Shown piece by piece: positions 53,056 to 64,000 of a DNA stretch of 64,000 bases. The DNA lies in NCBI GenBank assembly GCA_946965045.2, contig OX337234.1, forward strand, positions 2,108,001 to 2,172,000, in the 5' to 3' direction. Position numbers and translations under genes: made by a program. The stretch comes from Epithemia pelagica (Eukaryota; Protista; Bacillariophyta). Each line of letters starts with the position of its first letter. Position 1 is the first letter of the stretch. The notes under the pieces were generated by a model. The model had not been told where the DNA came from. It saw nothing but the letters and a program-made list of their open reading frames with translations, and did no database searches.

Positions 53056-54725
53056 ATGATGATGAAAGGAACGATGCTCTATATGGTTTTGGTGGTGCCG
53101 TCCATGGCGTATGTATCAACGTTTCGTGAAGTTCTTCGTTCTCCTAGAGGAGGTGCGTCGTCGGCGTCGCTCGACGCGTCATCGACAGTTTCTAGTGGTC
53201 GTACGTTTGGACGGAATAGAGGGAAGCTTGCTTCAGCTCTTTCAGAAACAATGGTCGACACTGAATTGGTTCTACCAGACTTTACGGATCAAAATGAATA
53301 TCTGTCGTATTTGGAGCAAGTATCAGCACTCCCAAAGGGTTTTGCCGTCGGAGTGGCCAATGGGGATTTTATCCCGGAAGAAGCGCCGTCCATGGGAACG
53401 ATGAACATCAGAGGGACAGTGATATACTTAACAGAAGGTCCTACAGACAGTTGGACTGCCGTATTTACAAAGAATAAGGTAAGATCTGAGGGCTTCTCGT
53501 GGATCATGTGTTGGGTTGAGTTCGTACTCATGTGTGATGCAGTTTCCCGGTGCCCCAGTGATCGTAGGCAGATCTAGACTTGCAGACAGAGGTCCACTCC
53601 ATGCATTAGTGATCAACAATAAGATATCAAATGTGTGTGCTGGAGGGGATGGAGTAGGTGATGCCGAGAGAGTTTGCGAGGCAGTTGCAGAGGCCCTGTC
53701 TCTTCCTGGCGGCTCCCGATCGGTTTTGCCAAGTTCCACTGGTGTGATCGGTTGGCGGTTACCGGCAGATGTGTTGGCTAAGGAAATTGTTCCTTCAGCT
53801 GTTGCAAACTTACAATCTGATTCCGTATTGCCTGCTGCTAAAGCTATTTGTACAACGGATCGATATCCGAAAGTTCGAAGCAAGACACTGTCTTGTGGTA
53901 GTCGAATTGTGGCGATTGCCAAAGGCGCTGGAATGATTGAACCAAACATGGCAACAATGCTTTCATACGTTATGACGGATGCGACGATTGGAAAAGAAAA
54001 GCTTGAGGAGGTTCTTCCCAAAATCACAAATGAGTCGTACAACTCGATTTCTGTTGACGGGGACGAATCAACGAGCGATACTGTTGCACTCATTGCTTCA
54101 AATCAAATCACCGGAACCAACGAAGCAGAATTTGAAGATGCGCTTATGGAGATTTGTAAAGGATTGGCCGGTGATATCGTTCGAAATGGGGAGGGAACCG
54201 GTCATGTTATGCGTGTGGCTATCTCCAACTTCCCTGGAACGGATTTTGAGGCTCGTCGTTTGGGTCGTCACATTGTTAACTCACCACTTTTTAAATGCGC
54301 TGTAAGTGGGAACGATCCTAATACAGGTCGATTGTCCGGTGCAGTTGGATCTTTCATGGGAAAGTTCAAAAGCGACGAGTCTGTTGCACATCTGTCGCTC
54401 TCGCTGGGAGGAAGAACGATCTTTTTGAATGGCAAGTTTGTGCTGGAAGGCGACGCAGTAGAACGTGAACTTAGTGATCACATGAAAAGTGCGGAATATT
54501 CCGAGGACTCTGACTACCCGCCACATCAAAAATTTGTGGAGAGTAAGTGAACAAGTATCGTTGTTTTGTACTTACGTCGAATTAGATCTGACAAATTCAT
54601 CCGCGCGATCTGCATGAACAGTTGGTGTGGATTTTGGGGAAGGTTCTGGCGATGGAAAAGCTACTGTGCTCGGGAGCGATTTGACAGCGGAATACGTTGC
54701 CATTAATGCAGACTATCGAAGTTGA
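53056..54725 (+). CDS. argJ: Ornithine acetyltransferase / glutamate N-acetyltransferase (exons 53056-53478, 53543-54542, 54622-54725)
   Basis: FTKNK|FPGAPV, NNKISN, SSTGVIG, ICTTD, KGAGMIEPNMATML (autoproteolytic Thr), STSDT, VRNGEG, GNDPN.GR and GSDLTAEYVAINADYRS. Both introns are phase-consistent GT-AG. Confidence 0.95.
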
Positions 54726-55142
54726 GTGCACGGGCGAAACCTGAAGAGCCCTCCTGTGAAATTATAGGGGAAGAACCCAACTTTAGACTACAGAAAACTG
54801 ATGCTTATAGAGTTGTTTGATCTTGCACCAAAAGCACTTTCTTTGACTTCACCACAAACTCTTAGAGGAGAAGGAAAAGCGTCGAGAAGTTGAACCAAAC
54901 TGTGCTTTTTTTAGGGCTCCTAGCTCCTACAGCACAACTGACGGCCGCGGTCGCGCATAAAATGCGTGAGAGGAAGATCGTGATCTTTCGTGATGATGGA
55001 TCAAAGAAAAATATGTTGCTTCTGTGTTCCAGAACATCCAACCTACCGTCATCATAGAGACAAGAGGGGTGAAATGCGGATAACGAAGAATTCCCTTTTC
55101 GTCTTCCGATTGGAACACAAGTGGTTGTTCTGTTCCATTCTG

Positions 55143-56952
55143 ATGCAATTGCTATTCGTTCTTTCTCTGCTCCAGTCCGTAAATGGCCTTATTCCGATCC
55201 CTTACAAAAAGGTTCATGTCACGCACTTTGATGTGGAATCAACAAAATGGCACGTGAAGGATAGGAATTTGATTCGGAAGGTCCATAGGCATAGATTAGC
55301 AGGTGTGCAAGCGACGCTGGAAGAACCACCTCACATCGCCAATGCCAATCCCAAGAAACACGAGCTTGCCTACCAGTTTTGCTCTCACACTCGCCGTTCA
55401 ATTCAAGAAGGCACATTTCTCTCGTTTACCCTTTTCGGACCGACAGCTTCCAAAAAGAGAAAGAAAAATCACGGGGAAGAGAATGAAGAAAGCAAAAGAG
55501 TTCTGTCGGAAGAATTACGTGGTTGTTTCAAGAGAATTACGGGTCGGAACGTCCAGCTAAAAAAGAGCCAGGACAAAATGGTGCAAGTGACGTTCAAGTA
55601 TCACTTTGCGACAGATTCTGTGAAGAATTGGCGGTCTTCCGACACTGCGTTGGGGGTTCAGTCACTGTTTATGCTGGAAAAATCCTTCAAGAGCGATGCT
55701 GACAAAACATCATCTGAATGGGGATCCCGCCTATACCCAATTGGCTCGCAGTTTGGCATCCAGAGAGCTATGTTGGAGACGACCAATGTAACCTGGGAGT
55801 TAGATTGTGGGTACCTTACCTCACGACCGCGATTGAAAAAGAAAATTATAACCCATGCACCAGTCGAGCCGGTGTCACTTGCGCATGACCGTGTCAAAGA
55901 TGTACCGATATCCGCTTCATCTGACTTCCTCCAGGCACTTGGCGTTGTGACTGACGATGGTAAACCTAGACCAGGAAAGTCATCAAAATTGCGCCAAATC
56001 CAAAAGTTTGTTGAGATAACCAGTGGTCTGCTTGACAAGGCAACCGCCAATGAAGCCGACAAGTCAGACGACATGGAAGTGATCGATGCCGGTTGTGGGA
56101 GAGGTAAGCATCAGTTGCGCATAGAATGAATCGGTGGCAAACCTCATATTGTGTTATTGATACTGGAAAGGATATTTGACCTTTGCACTCCATTCATTTC
56201 TGTATGACCGCTTTCAGGGGGAACGGTCAATCATGACTCGAGGGATTGACGTTCGACCCAAACTTGTTGCAGAAATTAACAAGGTGGCGCGCTCACTGGG
56301 CAAAATATTTGAAACCTTGAAATTCGAAACTGGCACAATAGACAGTCTGCTGAGTGAATCGGTTTTGCGTAAAACTTCACAACAATCTGAGCGTCGGGCA
56401 ATGGAAGTAATGATAGCCTTACATGCCTGTGATACGGCAACCGACGACGCATTATGGGCAGGTATTTGCCGAAAGGCAGCCGTCATATGTGTTGCTCCAT
56501 GTTGCCAAAAGGAACTTCGACCACAAATTGACATGCATCATCACTTTTCTACTTCGTCATCATTTGCTTCCAACAGTGCTGCTGACGCATCCCCTCACCC
56601 ACTCATCGATGTTCTTCGATACGGGATATATCGAGAACGATTCACGGAAACCATAACAGACTCGATGCGTGGTTTATTATTGGAAATTGCGGGATATGAT
56701 GTCAATGTTTTCGAGTTTATTGGCGGTGAGCATACCAGCAAAAACGTCATGATCACAGCAGTAAGAAAACCCATTCACCAACAAGGGAACAAGGAGGAAA
56801 TTGAGGGGCTACGAAACAGACTTAGGCTGCTCGCCGAGTTTCATGGAGTGAAGCATCAAAAGTTGGCAACATTGATGGGCCAAGACCTTGTTTCGGAATC
56901 AAGACGTGGCGGTGGATCACATCTGTCCCCAAGAAACATGCCTCCACTGTGA
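55143..56952 (+). CDS. SAM-dependent methyltransferase (Methyltransf_32-like); exons ~55143-56103, 56171-56952
   Basis: KLRQIQKF, IDAGCGRG|YLTFA, GIDVRPKLV, ALHACDTATDDA, APCCQKE and EHTSKN.MI. The start is uncertain (ATG 55143 gives a signal-like leader). Confidence 0.85.
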
Positions 56953-57335
56953 AAAAGCCCTGTTTTGGTGCAAAACTAGCCTCTGGATGATTTCCTAGAG
57001 AGTTTCAGGATCGGCAGTATCGCTTATGGGAAAATAGCAACCGATGTGGACGAATCTTCTCATTCAAGCATTGTACTCGTGGATGTGATGGTGATGATGG
57101 GGACCAGTCCGACGCTCATTGGCCCCTCTGCGCTGATCCATTTGGCTTCTTGTCTTCGAAGCGAGAGAAAGTTTGTAAACAAGGATGGCTTCACACGCCG
57201 AAGCAAGAACCGGTGCGGACACAAGTGCACTGGGACTCAATTCGCACTCAAATGAGGACAGAAACGTTGTGTTTGTAGTGAGCTAACGTGTAACGTGCAA
57301 AAAATGGCTGTTCGAGTTTATTGTGATCCGTTTTT

Positions 57336-58549
57336 TTACGAAGCTTCAATGCGTTGTTTTATCCACGAAATGGTCCTTTGGACATAGTCATGAGATTCCG
57401 GTACACTGAGCAAGTCGTGATGTCCGTCAGGAATAATGTCGAACACACACTGGTCCGCTGGCGATTGGGCATGTTTCCGCAAATAGTCGGTTCCCTCCAA
57501 GGGCACGCCATAGTCCTTGGTTCCATGCATGACATATAAGGGTACGGTCACTGCAGGAATCGTTTCACTAACGACCGTATCCAAGGCTTGAACCAAACTC
57601 AAGGCCGTTCCCAATCGAAACGCCAAACCACTACCCGTAAAATTCATTTCCAAATGTCGTGGTTCAGTCCGAATTGCGAGCATTTCCTCGTCTTTCCAAA
57701 TGCGATCTGCACTAATTGGATTGGGCATGAAGCATGGCGTCCAGGTGGGATACAGAGGCGCCAAGACATAACGTAACAGGACATAGACCGGGTAGGGAGG
57801 CAGGTCGCCAATAATAGCAGGAGCCGTCAAAAGGACACCCGTCAACTTCAAGTGTGGATTGTTGTTCTCATCGCTCGTGCTATCAGTATTGGAAAGAGGT
57901 TGTTCCTGCAAACGTTTGGCTGCATGCAACGCCAGTGTACCGCCATAAGATTGGCCGTACAAAAACAAGGGGAGTCCTCCTTGTGTGGGAGAAATTTTTG
58001 TGGCTTGTTGTTTTTGCCTAAGGTTGCTTTGGACAAGCTGAATAAATGAAAGGTAGTCTTTCAAATTTTGTTCCCATGAGGGAATAAAGAAACGGGTGCC
58101 TTCCGAATATCCATGTCCGTAAATATCCAAGGCATACACGGCCATTTGATGCTCGTCGCGGTATACTTGTACCAGCAACGCCACGTTGGTTTTCCGACCG
58201 TCCGATGGTATTTGAAACGCTTCGCCTCCGTGCGACACCACTGTTTGGTTTCAACGGAAAGCAGGTAAGTCAGATATGGCAAACAAATAAGGTGACGATT
58301 TCCGAGATTCAGTAACGCACCTCCATGAAAGAAGACGATTACGGCCTTGGGAGGATTTGTCGTAGGAAGAAAGGCTCGATAATGCAATTTGGCACCATCG
58401 ATGCAGGAGTCCATCCACCCATGCTCATGTTCTCCTAAGGGCGCTTCCAATTCGTCCTGTTCGGCTTGGGTCGGAAACACCTTGGGATCAATATCAATGG
58501 CACGACACACACCAAATACTTTGTGTTCGTGCCGGTGACTACCCGCCAT
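57336..58549 (-). CDS. Alpha/beta hydrolase (monoacylglycerol lipase/lysophospholipase-like); exons 58549-58321, 58240-57336
   Basis: IVFFHG, LDIYGHGYSEG, GQSYGG nucleophile elbow, HGTKD and GHHDLL; phase-1 GT-AG intron. Confidence 0.9.
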
Positions 58550-58910
58550 TGTTGGTTTCTCTCAATGCAGCAGTAGCTTTCGAACAGCCGCGATGGACGA
58601 ATGCATGGAATCCGGCTCTTTGTCCATTGCATTCGTCAGCAGAGTTCGACCTCATTCGTCTGTGGGGGAATTCGGAAGCAGAGTCACTCGTGACTCGTGA
58701 TATTGGTCCCGGATCGTTAATATGTGCGACCGCATATCTGGCGGAAATGCTTCCGAGTTTGATGTTGCGGTACGCACGACAGACGAGTGGACGGACCGGC
58801 GCGGCGAGAGCGCGGCGACATCTGTCACACTGCATTCGTCTTCCTGGAGTCAAGGCTCATTCTTTGCCTTTGTCCGTCACGAGAGACTGCTGGTAGAATA
58901 GCTTAAGACC

Positions 58911-61019
58911 ATAGCGTCCACCGGTGCCACAGCCGCGGCCCCGTCGCCGCCCACAACATTCGCAACGCTCTACGCCACCCAACCGGATGTCTTCAGCGGT
59001 GACTACGCGCCGCTCTTCCAACCTTTCGACAGCACAAACGGCCTTGCACACGATGCACTTTTCGAAACGGTCGTCAACTCTTCCAACAGTTGTCCCAAAG
59101 TGTTCCTGGCCAACGTCACCATCAACAACGCCAACCACATCATCGCAGTGCATCGCCCATCACGATACGAGCCTGATTTAGCGGATCCAGCGCCGCATTG
59201 GGACGGGAAAGTCTTCAGCTTCGTGGGAGATCTCAGCCCTCGAGGAAGCAACTTCATCCAAACGGTCGAGCTTCCCGCTTCATCCTTCGAGTCCACGGCC
59301 AGCCAACGTGTGCCAACACTTGCCACCATGGACGCCCGATGGGCTGTTGACCCAAACGTGAACACTCTCGCCTCCCTGTCTAGCTCCTCCGCGGACACAG
59401 AGTCAGTCATTACACGCCGTCTCTTCCCAGTACCGAGTCCCTATATTCCACTGATATTGGGAAAGTCATTGACACCACGCCAAGCATGGGCCACCTTCTC
59501 AACAGCCATTGCTACGGCATCCCACCAAGCGATGTGTGCACCCCTTCTGGATTGGCTCCGTGTATCATGCACAATGAAACGGACAAACGTCGCCTCCGCA
59601 ACACAACTTGGTGATTTTCACACTGTCTTCCCTACATTGGCGGCCGACGCACAGCTCGATCAACACCGATGGTCAATCCTCACGCGCGACCTACCGGCGC
59701 TCAATACCACCACCGCATCCGGCACCACCGACCGCGTCGCTACTATCTTGGGCACCATGCGGGCCGACCGTGTCACGGCACGTGCACAGGACGAGGCCCG
59801 CCGCACTGCTGCACAGCGCGACAAGCTCCCTTCCGAAACCAAGTTCAAGACCGTAGCACGCGACTGGATGACCTTTACATCAGCCGCCACCGAATCTGAC
59901 CTGCCCATTGTCTACCACCAGATCGTAAACAGTGACAAAGGGGAACACTTAACCATCCTTCGCAACGCTGTAAAGCTCCGTGCACGCAGCGCAGCCGCGG
60001 CAACCAACCAAGTCCCCGTGGTCTCAAAGGAAACAAAGGAGATGGTTCTAAGTGCCCGCTTTGGGGTCGAAGCACACCAAATGCACGACCTGTCGCAAGG
60101 CCTCCAACCGTTCAGCATGGGGCTCTTCATTGGCGACGAATTAAGCAAGACAATCGATGCGCGGGCAACGGACTACGATACTATGCTAAACGGCATCTCT
60201 GCCCCTACGCTAGGTGAACAAGCCTCCTTTTCCACCAAAGAAGTGCGAATCCCACAAGACCATTTCACGGCAGGCCTGATGCTGGCCTCCACCAGCGTCC
60301 AGCTCGACGTGTTCCAAGGCCCGAATCACCCCTTCGCCACAGCCTTTCGTGAATTTTGCATCCGACACTGGCCCTCGATCGCCACCACCATCCATCTGGC
60401 CTCACGCTACAATCGATTGCTTGAGCAAACCGTTATCCCACGAATCCTTCGGTGGATCCAAACACACATGGTTGACTATTGCCGAGAACTCATCCTTCTC
60501 GGCCAAGCTTCCACCACTGTCCCTCCCTTCTTGGACATCCACTCCATGGTGGTTCATCAACAGTACAACCTGTTGCCGGATATTCCAGACCAGTACCGAG
60601 TCGTGCTGCCTCCCTCTTTCCCCACACCCGGCCTGTCTCCACCCTCACAAAAACAACAGCACAAAAAGGACACCAAAGACACCGGCGACAGCACCCAAGA
60701 TCAACAACAACAGCAACAAAAACCATCCGGACCCTCTCGCACAACCGGCCGTGGCGGCGCCATGGTAGCCAACCAGAATGTGAACAATGCATGGAAAGAA
60801 GCACTCGAAAAATCGTCCCGCAAAATCCGCGATCTCGCACCCAATGCACCGGACTCCAGCAACCGCGACGACAACAACAAGCCCGTTCCCCTCTGCCTCA
60901 GCTACCATCTCCGTGGAAGTTGTTACAGCAACTGCAACCGGGCGGTTACTCACCGTGCACTCTCCCAAGAGGAGACTTCTGCCCTTGCCACTGTCGTTTC
61001 CACCAATCTCTCCGAATAG
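58911..61019 (+). CDS. Gag-like ORF1 of the YR-type element (probable ATG>ATA start loss)
   Basis: The frame is open from 58902, with ACC-ATA-GCG at 58908-58916 in a start-like context. C-terminal LCLSYHLRGSCYSNCNRAVTH Cys/His finger. Confidence 0.7.
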   Translation: MASTGATAAAPSPPTTFATLYATQPDVFSGDYAPLFQPFDSTNGLAHDALFETVVNSSNSCPKVFLANVTINNANHIIAVHRPSRYEPDLADPAPHWDGKVFSFVGDLSPRGSNFIQTVELPASSFESTASQRVPTLATMDARWAVDPNVNTLASLSSSSADTESVITRRLFPVPSPYIPLILGKSLTPRQAWATFSTAIATASHQAMCAPLLDWLRVSCTMKRTNVASATQLGDFHTVFPTLAADAQLDQHRWSILTRDLPALNTTTASGTTDRVATILGTMRADRVTARAQDEARRTAAQRDKLPSETKFKTVARDWMTFTSAATESDLPIVYHQIVNSDKGEHLTILRNAVKLRARSAAAATNQVPVVSKETKEMVLSARFGVEAHQMHDLSQGLQPFSMGLFIGDELSKTIDARATDYDTMLNGISAPTLGEQASFSTKEVRIPQDHFTAGLMLASTSVQLDVFQGPNHPFATAFREFCIRHWPSIATTIHLASRYNRLLEQTVIPRILRWIQTHMVDYCRELILLGQASTTVPPFLDIHSMVVHQQYNLLPDIPDQYRVVLPPSFPTPGLSPPSQKQQHKKDTKDTGDSTQDQQQQQQKPSGPSRTTGRGGAMVANQNVNNAWKEALEKSSRKIRDLAPNAPDSSNRDDNNKPVPLCLSYHLRGSCYSNCNRAVTHRALSQEETSALATVVSTNLSE

Positions 61020-62275
61020 GAGACAGGCCAAGATGACTTTGCTCCTCCACCACCGAAGCGAGCCAAATTCTTTTTCCCAGTCATCTCCAGGCCGTCTACT
61101 TCTTGCTTTCCTTCTTCTGCACCTTCCCCCACCTCCAACCAATTGACACAAGAGTCAATCAGCTCCTTTACATCGTCAAGCACGACCAATACTGCCAACA
61201 CAGTGACGACGACACCCATCCGACGGCCGAATCCATTCCCAGCAGACCGCAAACAACGAGCACAAAGCCCCACAATTGACCCACACGCAGACCTTGGTAA
61301 GTTAGTAGACACATATTCGCATCTCCTCTCCTTCATGTCTTGGACGTCGTTTGTACATCGTGTTCGTGGCCGCTCTTGTATCGCCCCTCTCGTCTCGTCG
61401 CTCCCACACTGCGCAGCATCCCTCCTCCACGACTTCCGTCAAGCCGGAGTCCCTGTCCTCTCGGTCGACGCCGAATGGACACCTTCCCAACGCTCCATGG
61501 CCACCACACGTGGCTGTCACAAAAGTGCTGTCGAGTACCAGCAATTCATCTATGACGATATGGCCGACATGGTCCAACGTGGCTACTGGGTGGTCCTCCC
61601 GTACAAAGCCATTGCACACCTCCCGAATCTCCGTGTCTCCCCTATTGGATGTGTCCCGCAACGCGAACGGCGACCACGCATCATCGTCGACTACACCTAC
61701 AGTGGCGTCAACGCCGCCACAGACAAACAAGCACACCCCGAGGCCATGCAGTTTGGTGGCACACTCAAGCGCATCCTCCACAAAATACACTCCGCCCATC
61801 CGAAATACGGCCCTGTCTACATGTTAAAAATTGACCTCTCTGACGGTTTCTATCGGGTCCCCCTCCGCGCCACCGACGTTCCAAGGCTTGGCGTGGTCCT
61901 TCCCCGTGCCCCAGACGCCACCAACGATCTAATTGCTCTGCCACTCACGCTCCCAATGGGGTGGACTGAAAGCCCACCACAGTTCACGGCGTTCACGGAA
62001 ACCATAGCCGATCTTGTCAATCGTTGGACTGTCGACCACACATGGGACCCACCTCCCCACCCAATGGAGAACCTCGCCTCTTCGGCGCCCACGCAGCCGC
62101 CCGATCGTTCAGTTGTCACCGCCCCACCTCCAACCCATACTCGTCCCATTCAGCGACTAACCAACCACGACATTCTGGCGGCCATTCCACCCACGCCCCC
62201 GCCATCCAACCGATTCGTCCCTTACAAGCCTGGCCCGTTGGCTTATACCGATGTTTACCTTGACGACACTATACA

Positions 62276-63038
62276 GAAATTGCCTTAAAAGCTTGTTCTG
62301 TCTCGGATTGCACTACAGATAGATTATCAACAAGCTAGCCTTTCGTCCTAGAGAGGTCGCGTCAATGTCCCAAAAGGCTAGGTCGTTCGTCCAAACATCA
62401 TCCAAGATTTCGGGGAGGCAACGTGTTCTCGTAGGACAGAATTCAGGTCTCAGCGTATATCTACAACCGATTAAGCGCAAGAAAGTGCGCCGGTCAGTTG
62501 GATGGCACGTGTCTTTAATTAATTTTGGTCCTGATGTCGGAAATCTGGTCCCGATCTCGGAATTCGGGTCGATCTCGGAATTCGGGCCAGATCTCGGAAT
62601 TCGGGTCGATCTCGGAATTCGGGCCAGATCTCGGAATTCGGGTTTTTACTCTGAAATAAAGTATACTTTTGTCGGAATTCGGGTCGATCTCGGAATTCGG
62701 GCCAGATCTCGGAATTCGGGTCGATCTCGGAATTCGGGCCAGATCTCGGAATTTGGTCTTTCCGTTGAACGGTTTTCAAGTTGCCGTGCCTGCTCGCAAT
62801 ATCCTGTTTGACAGGTCAACTCGTCTCTCTATTGACTAGATAGCTAGGAGTACTATTAGCCATTATCGAAATTCGGGGTTTTAGCTATGGAATGGGAACA
62901 CTTTCTACTTCAAGGAATGATTAACTAGGATAGGTTGTGCTATGGCTTTTGTCTGACTTCTCGTCCGGACTCGACAGGTCATTGCAAATCTCTTGGCAGC
63001 CTCTCGTCCGAGACGGAACCAGCTTTTAAGGCAATTTC
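62276..63038. mobile_element. 763-bp non-autonomous TIR DNA transposon with a 3-bp TSD (ACA)
   Basis: 32-bp TIR GAAATTGCCTTAAAAGCT(T/G)GTTC(T/C)GTCTCGGA (2 mismatches); ACA at 62273-62275 and 63039-63041. Removing it restores YLDD-TIQLAQG in frame. Confidence 0.93.
62553..62755. repeat. Internal minisatellite of the TIR element
   Basis: Nine copies of GATCTCGGAATT(CGG), with spacers alternating GTC/GCCA (18/19-bp units), in two blocks separated by an AT-rich spacer. Confidence 0.95.
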
Positions 63039-64000
63039 ACAACTGGCCCAGGGCTCCAAATCACGCCTCAATCGAATCCGGCGAACCTTGCTTCATAGCA
63101 CCGACTTGGTATTTCGACCCAATGACACCGACGACACCCAATTTGGAAGACGCGAACCGATTTCCGCCAAAAAACTGGGAAAAGGAGATGGCTGCTGGTC
63201 GACCTTCCAAACCATACTTGGTTGGGAGGTTGACTCCATTCGAAAAACAGTCGAACTCCCCTCACACCGCAAAGAGAAACTCATTACACTCCTGGCCAAT
63301 GTACGGAATAAAACAGTCGTCCCTATTGCCACTTGGCACAAGCTTCTGGGAGAGCTTCGGAGCATGGTGCTCGGAATCCCCGGTGGACGGGGTTTATTCT
63401 CCCACCTGCAGCAGTCCTTGTCAAACGCCTGCGGCCACGAATTCGTCGTCATTGATCAGCATGCGGCAGACCAATTGGCCGACTGGGAACAACTTGCACA
63501 TGATCTGGTTAGTCGTCCAACACGCATCGCAGAGATCATCCCGACGACGCCCAGTTACATCGGTGCTTGTGACGCCGCCCCTTCTGGCCTTGGTGGAGTT
63601 TGGCTCCCTCCCGATCGTCCTTCCCGCCACACTCCGTCACATCCCCCAATCGTTTGGCGTTGCCCTCTCCCGGATGCCATCCGGGCATTGGTTCAGAGTC
63701 CTACCAACCCGCACGGCCCCATCACCAACAACGACTTGGAATTGGCTGCCACGATAGCGCACGCCGACATCCTTGCGTCCGCCGTTGACGTCCGCGAAAA
63801 GACACTCGCCACGGGTTGTGATAATACAGCGGCGGTTGGTTGGGCCACTGCTGGCAGCACAACCTCCACGAGCCCGGCTTCGTACCTTCTTCGCGTTTCC
63901 AGCCTGCACCAACGGGCACATCGTTACATCCACAACCTCTCGTACCTCCCAGGCGTCCGCAACAAACTTGCTGATGACGCTTCACGGCTATTCTCACTCC

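Larger units (their letters stand above)
58580..64000 (+). mobile_element. DIRS/Ngaro-type (tyrosine-recombinase class) retrotransposon, decayed, continuing beyond the window
   Basis: Gag-like ORF followed by a DIRS-type RT and RNase H (below). The recombinase ORF is not seen inside the window, so the class is inferred from the RT/RH motifs. The left boundary is approximate. Confidence 0.82.
61020..64000 (+). pseudogene. RT-RNase H ORF of the YR-type element, split by a TIR insertion (61020-62275 and 63039 to the end)
   Basis: SPIGCVPQ..RRPRIIVD, KIDLSDGFYRV, LPMGW.ESP and YLDD. After the insertion the frame starting at 63040 gives QLAQG...ILGWEVDS...CDAAPSGLGG...NDLELAA...CDNTAAV...NKLADDASR, open to 64000 (not in the ORF track). 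Confidence 0.92.

Noticed and set aside
47826-56952. Functional cluster of plastid-targeted genes (TerC, thioredoxin, ArgJ, methyltransferase)
   Set aside because: They share no pathway and are interspersed with unrelated genes; plastid-targeted genes are common in diatoms.
58728-58757. Short matches (CGCATAT.TGGCGG, GAAATGCTTCCGA) shared between the YR leader and the copia LTR/3' UTR
   Set aside because: Exact 13-mer repeats are expected many times by chance in 64 kb, and the order of the motifs differs.
62553-62755. CRISPR array
   Set aside because: The units are adjacent with 3-4-nt invariant linkers, there are no unique spacers and no cas genes, and the context is eukaryotic.
62993-63757. 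254-aa ORF as a possible overlapping tyrosine recombinase
   Set aside because: It begins inside the inserted TIR element and shows no R-H-R-Y motifs; the real RT/RH frame starts at 63040.

Overview
Gene-dense eukaryotic nuclear DNA, most likely from a pennate diatom. The evidence is short GT-AG introns, signal peptide plus ASAFAP-like plastid-targeting leaders, and diatom-type transposons. About 18 host genes are present: GH28, PP2C, a giant USP deubiquitinase, an ATP-grasp ligase, transaldolase, a SIRT6/7-like sirtuin, a Y14-like RRM protein, a Crinkler-like kinase, a GT31-like glycosyltransferase, TerC, UBL3/MUB, thioredoxin, ArgJ, a methyltransferase, an alpha/beta hydrolase and several hypothetical proteins. 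Three different retroelements interrupt them. (1) A young CoDi-type Ty1/copia (5370-12447) has identical 174-bp LTRs, a half-tRNA-type PBS, a tRNA-like A/B-box module right after the PBS, and gag and pol separated by one in-frame TGA. (2) An Ambal-like APE-RT-RNaseH non-LTR element (about 38902-47502) is bracketed by inverted, co-varying ~100-nt structured modules ending in 9-nt A/T tracts, plus an offset 17-bp direct repeat; this is the most unusual structure in the window. (3) A DIRS/Ngaro-type retroelement (about 58580 to the window end) has gag and pol separated by one in-frame TAG, and its RT is split right after YLDD by a 763-bp TIR element with a 3-bp TSD. A second MITE-like element lies at 25120-25735. 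All calls come from manual motif reading; no database search or folding program was run.
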